A stretch of 64,000 nucleotides of DNA from Felis catus (lineage: Eukaryota), in NCBI RefSeq assembly GCF_018350175.1, contig NC_058368.1, positions 159,528,001 through 159,592,000 on the forward strand, written 5' to 3'. Shown here in pieces: positions 63,276 through 64,000 of this stretch. The translations under genes were made by a program, and so were the position numbers. Within the stretch, counting starts at the first letter, position 1, and each line of letters opens with the position of its first letter. The notes beneath the pieces are model-generated. The model did not search any database. It saw nothing but the letters and a program-made list of their open reading frames with translations, and had not been told where the DNA came from.

Positions 63276-63897
63276 ATAGGCCACAATGCAGAATTTCCCC
63301 TAGGAACTCTGCAAACCTTCACCTTCATCACTCTCCATCAAATAACTCTTCATCAAATAACCCCAGTGAATTCCCCCAGCGTGAGGGCCTGAACATTGTC
63401 AGATGCCTCTTTTGCATCAAAACTACGTTGGCCTCAAGGTATAAAAGAAATCCCATTTAAATTAAGGCCGGTGTCAATTTCTGGAATAGGTAATGGTGGA
63501 TTAATTTGCATTAAGAATTTATCCTAGATCAGCAAAACTGATCAGCTAAACTATAGTCCCAATGCCTTCTAAAGATGACACTCCTTTGATTTTCGCCTCT
63601 ACTAATGTATACCAAAAGGGAGATTTTAAAGTCTTGCAGAATAGCACTGCCAGCTGTGTAGAAGACAGGCACTCCCCCTAGTTGGTCGATGGATTATACC
63701 TACCAATGAAGTGTCCTTATAAAAACAGCTGATTCATTATCTTCTTTAATTAGCTTTTGAATATACTACTCAACTGAATGAGGCTTTGCAGGATTTTTTA
63801 GGTTACATTCCAGAAGAATGGATGGTCAAAATATGCAAGTGAGGAACTACAAAGTCAGTGTTTTATGACATTTTAATCTAAAAACTGGTGACATTCA

Positions 63898-64000
63898 GGG
63901 GCACCTGGCTGGTTCAGTTGGTAGAGCATGTGACTCTTGATCTCAGGGTTGTAGTTTCGAGCCCCACACTGGGTGCAGAGTATACTTAAATAAATAAAAA
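63898..64000 (+). mobile_element. Short tRNA-like Can-SINE (SINEC_old-type)
   Basis: ggggcacctggctggttcagttggtagagcatgtgactcttgatctcaggg...ttcgagcccca followed by an A-rich tail. Confidence 0.9.

Noticed and set aside
1..64000. Prokaryotic-type systems (CRISPR arrays, operons, defence islands)
   Set aside because: The window is mammalian DNA dominated by SINE, LINE and LTR repeats; there is no repeat-spacer array or dense ORF organisation.

Overview
AT-rich, repeat-dense mammalian genomic DNA. The SINEs are carnivore tRNA-derived Can-SINEs, and several carry the feliform SINEC_Fc-type core, so the source is probably a cat-like carnivore. I found no intact protein-coding gene: the longer ORFs are decayed LINE-1, SINE, LTR or microsatellite sequence. 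Much of the window is recognisable transposon: about 13 Can-SINEs (most with visible target-site duplications), a ~7.8 kb L1 at 13121-20946, several older L1, L2 and MIR fragments, MaLR and ERV1-like LTRs, and hAT MITEs. The main non-repeat signal is a tight minus-strand cluster of short exons with canonical splice sites at about 57.1-62.9 kb, with weaker candidates at 35.7-36.8 kb and 42.7 kb. Joined together they give no long ORF, which points to a multi-exon lncRNA (possibly micropeptide- or circRNA-producing) that I cannot name from sequence alone. Other structures read directly from the sequence: a twin-priming inversion that flips the whole L1 5' UTR/promoter, a locus-specific ~190 bp inverted duplication inside an old L1, two SINEs stacked at one target site, a probable L1 3' transduction, and small templated inverted insertions. 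Repeat subfamily names come from recalled consensus motifs and need RepeatMasker confirmation.
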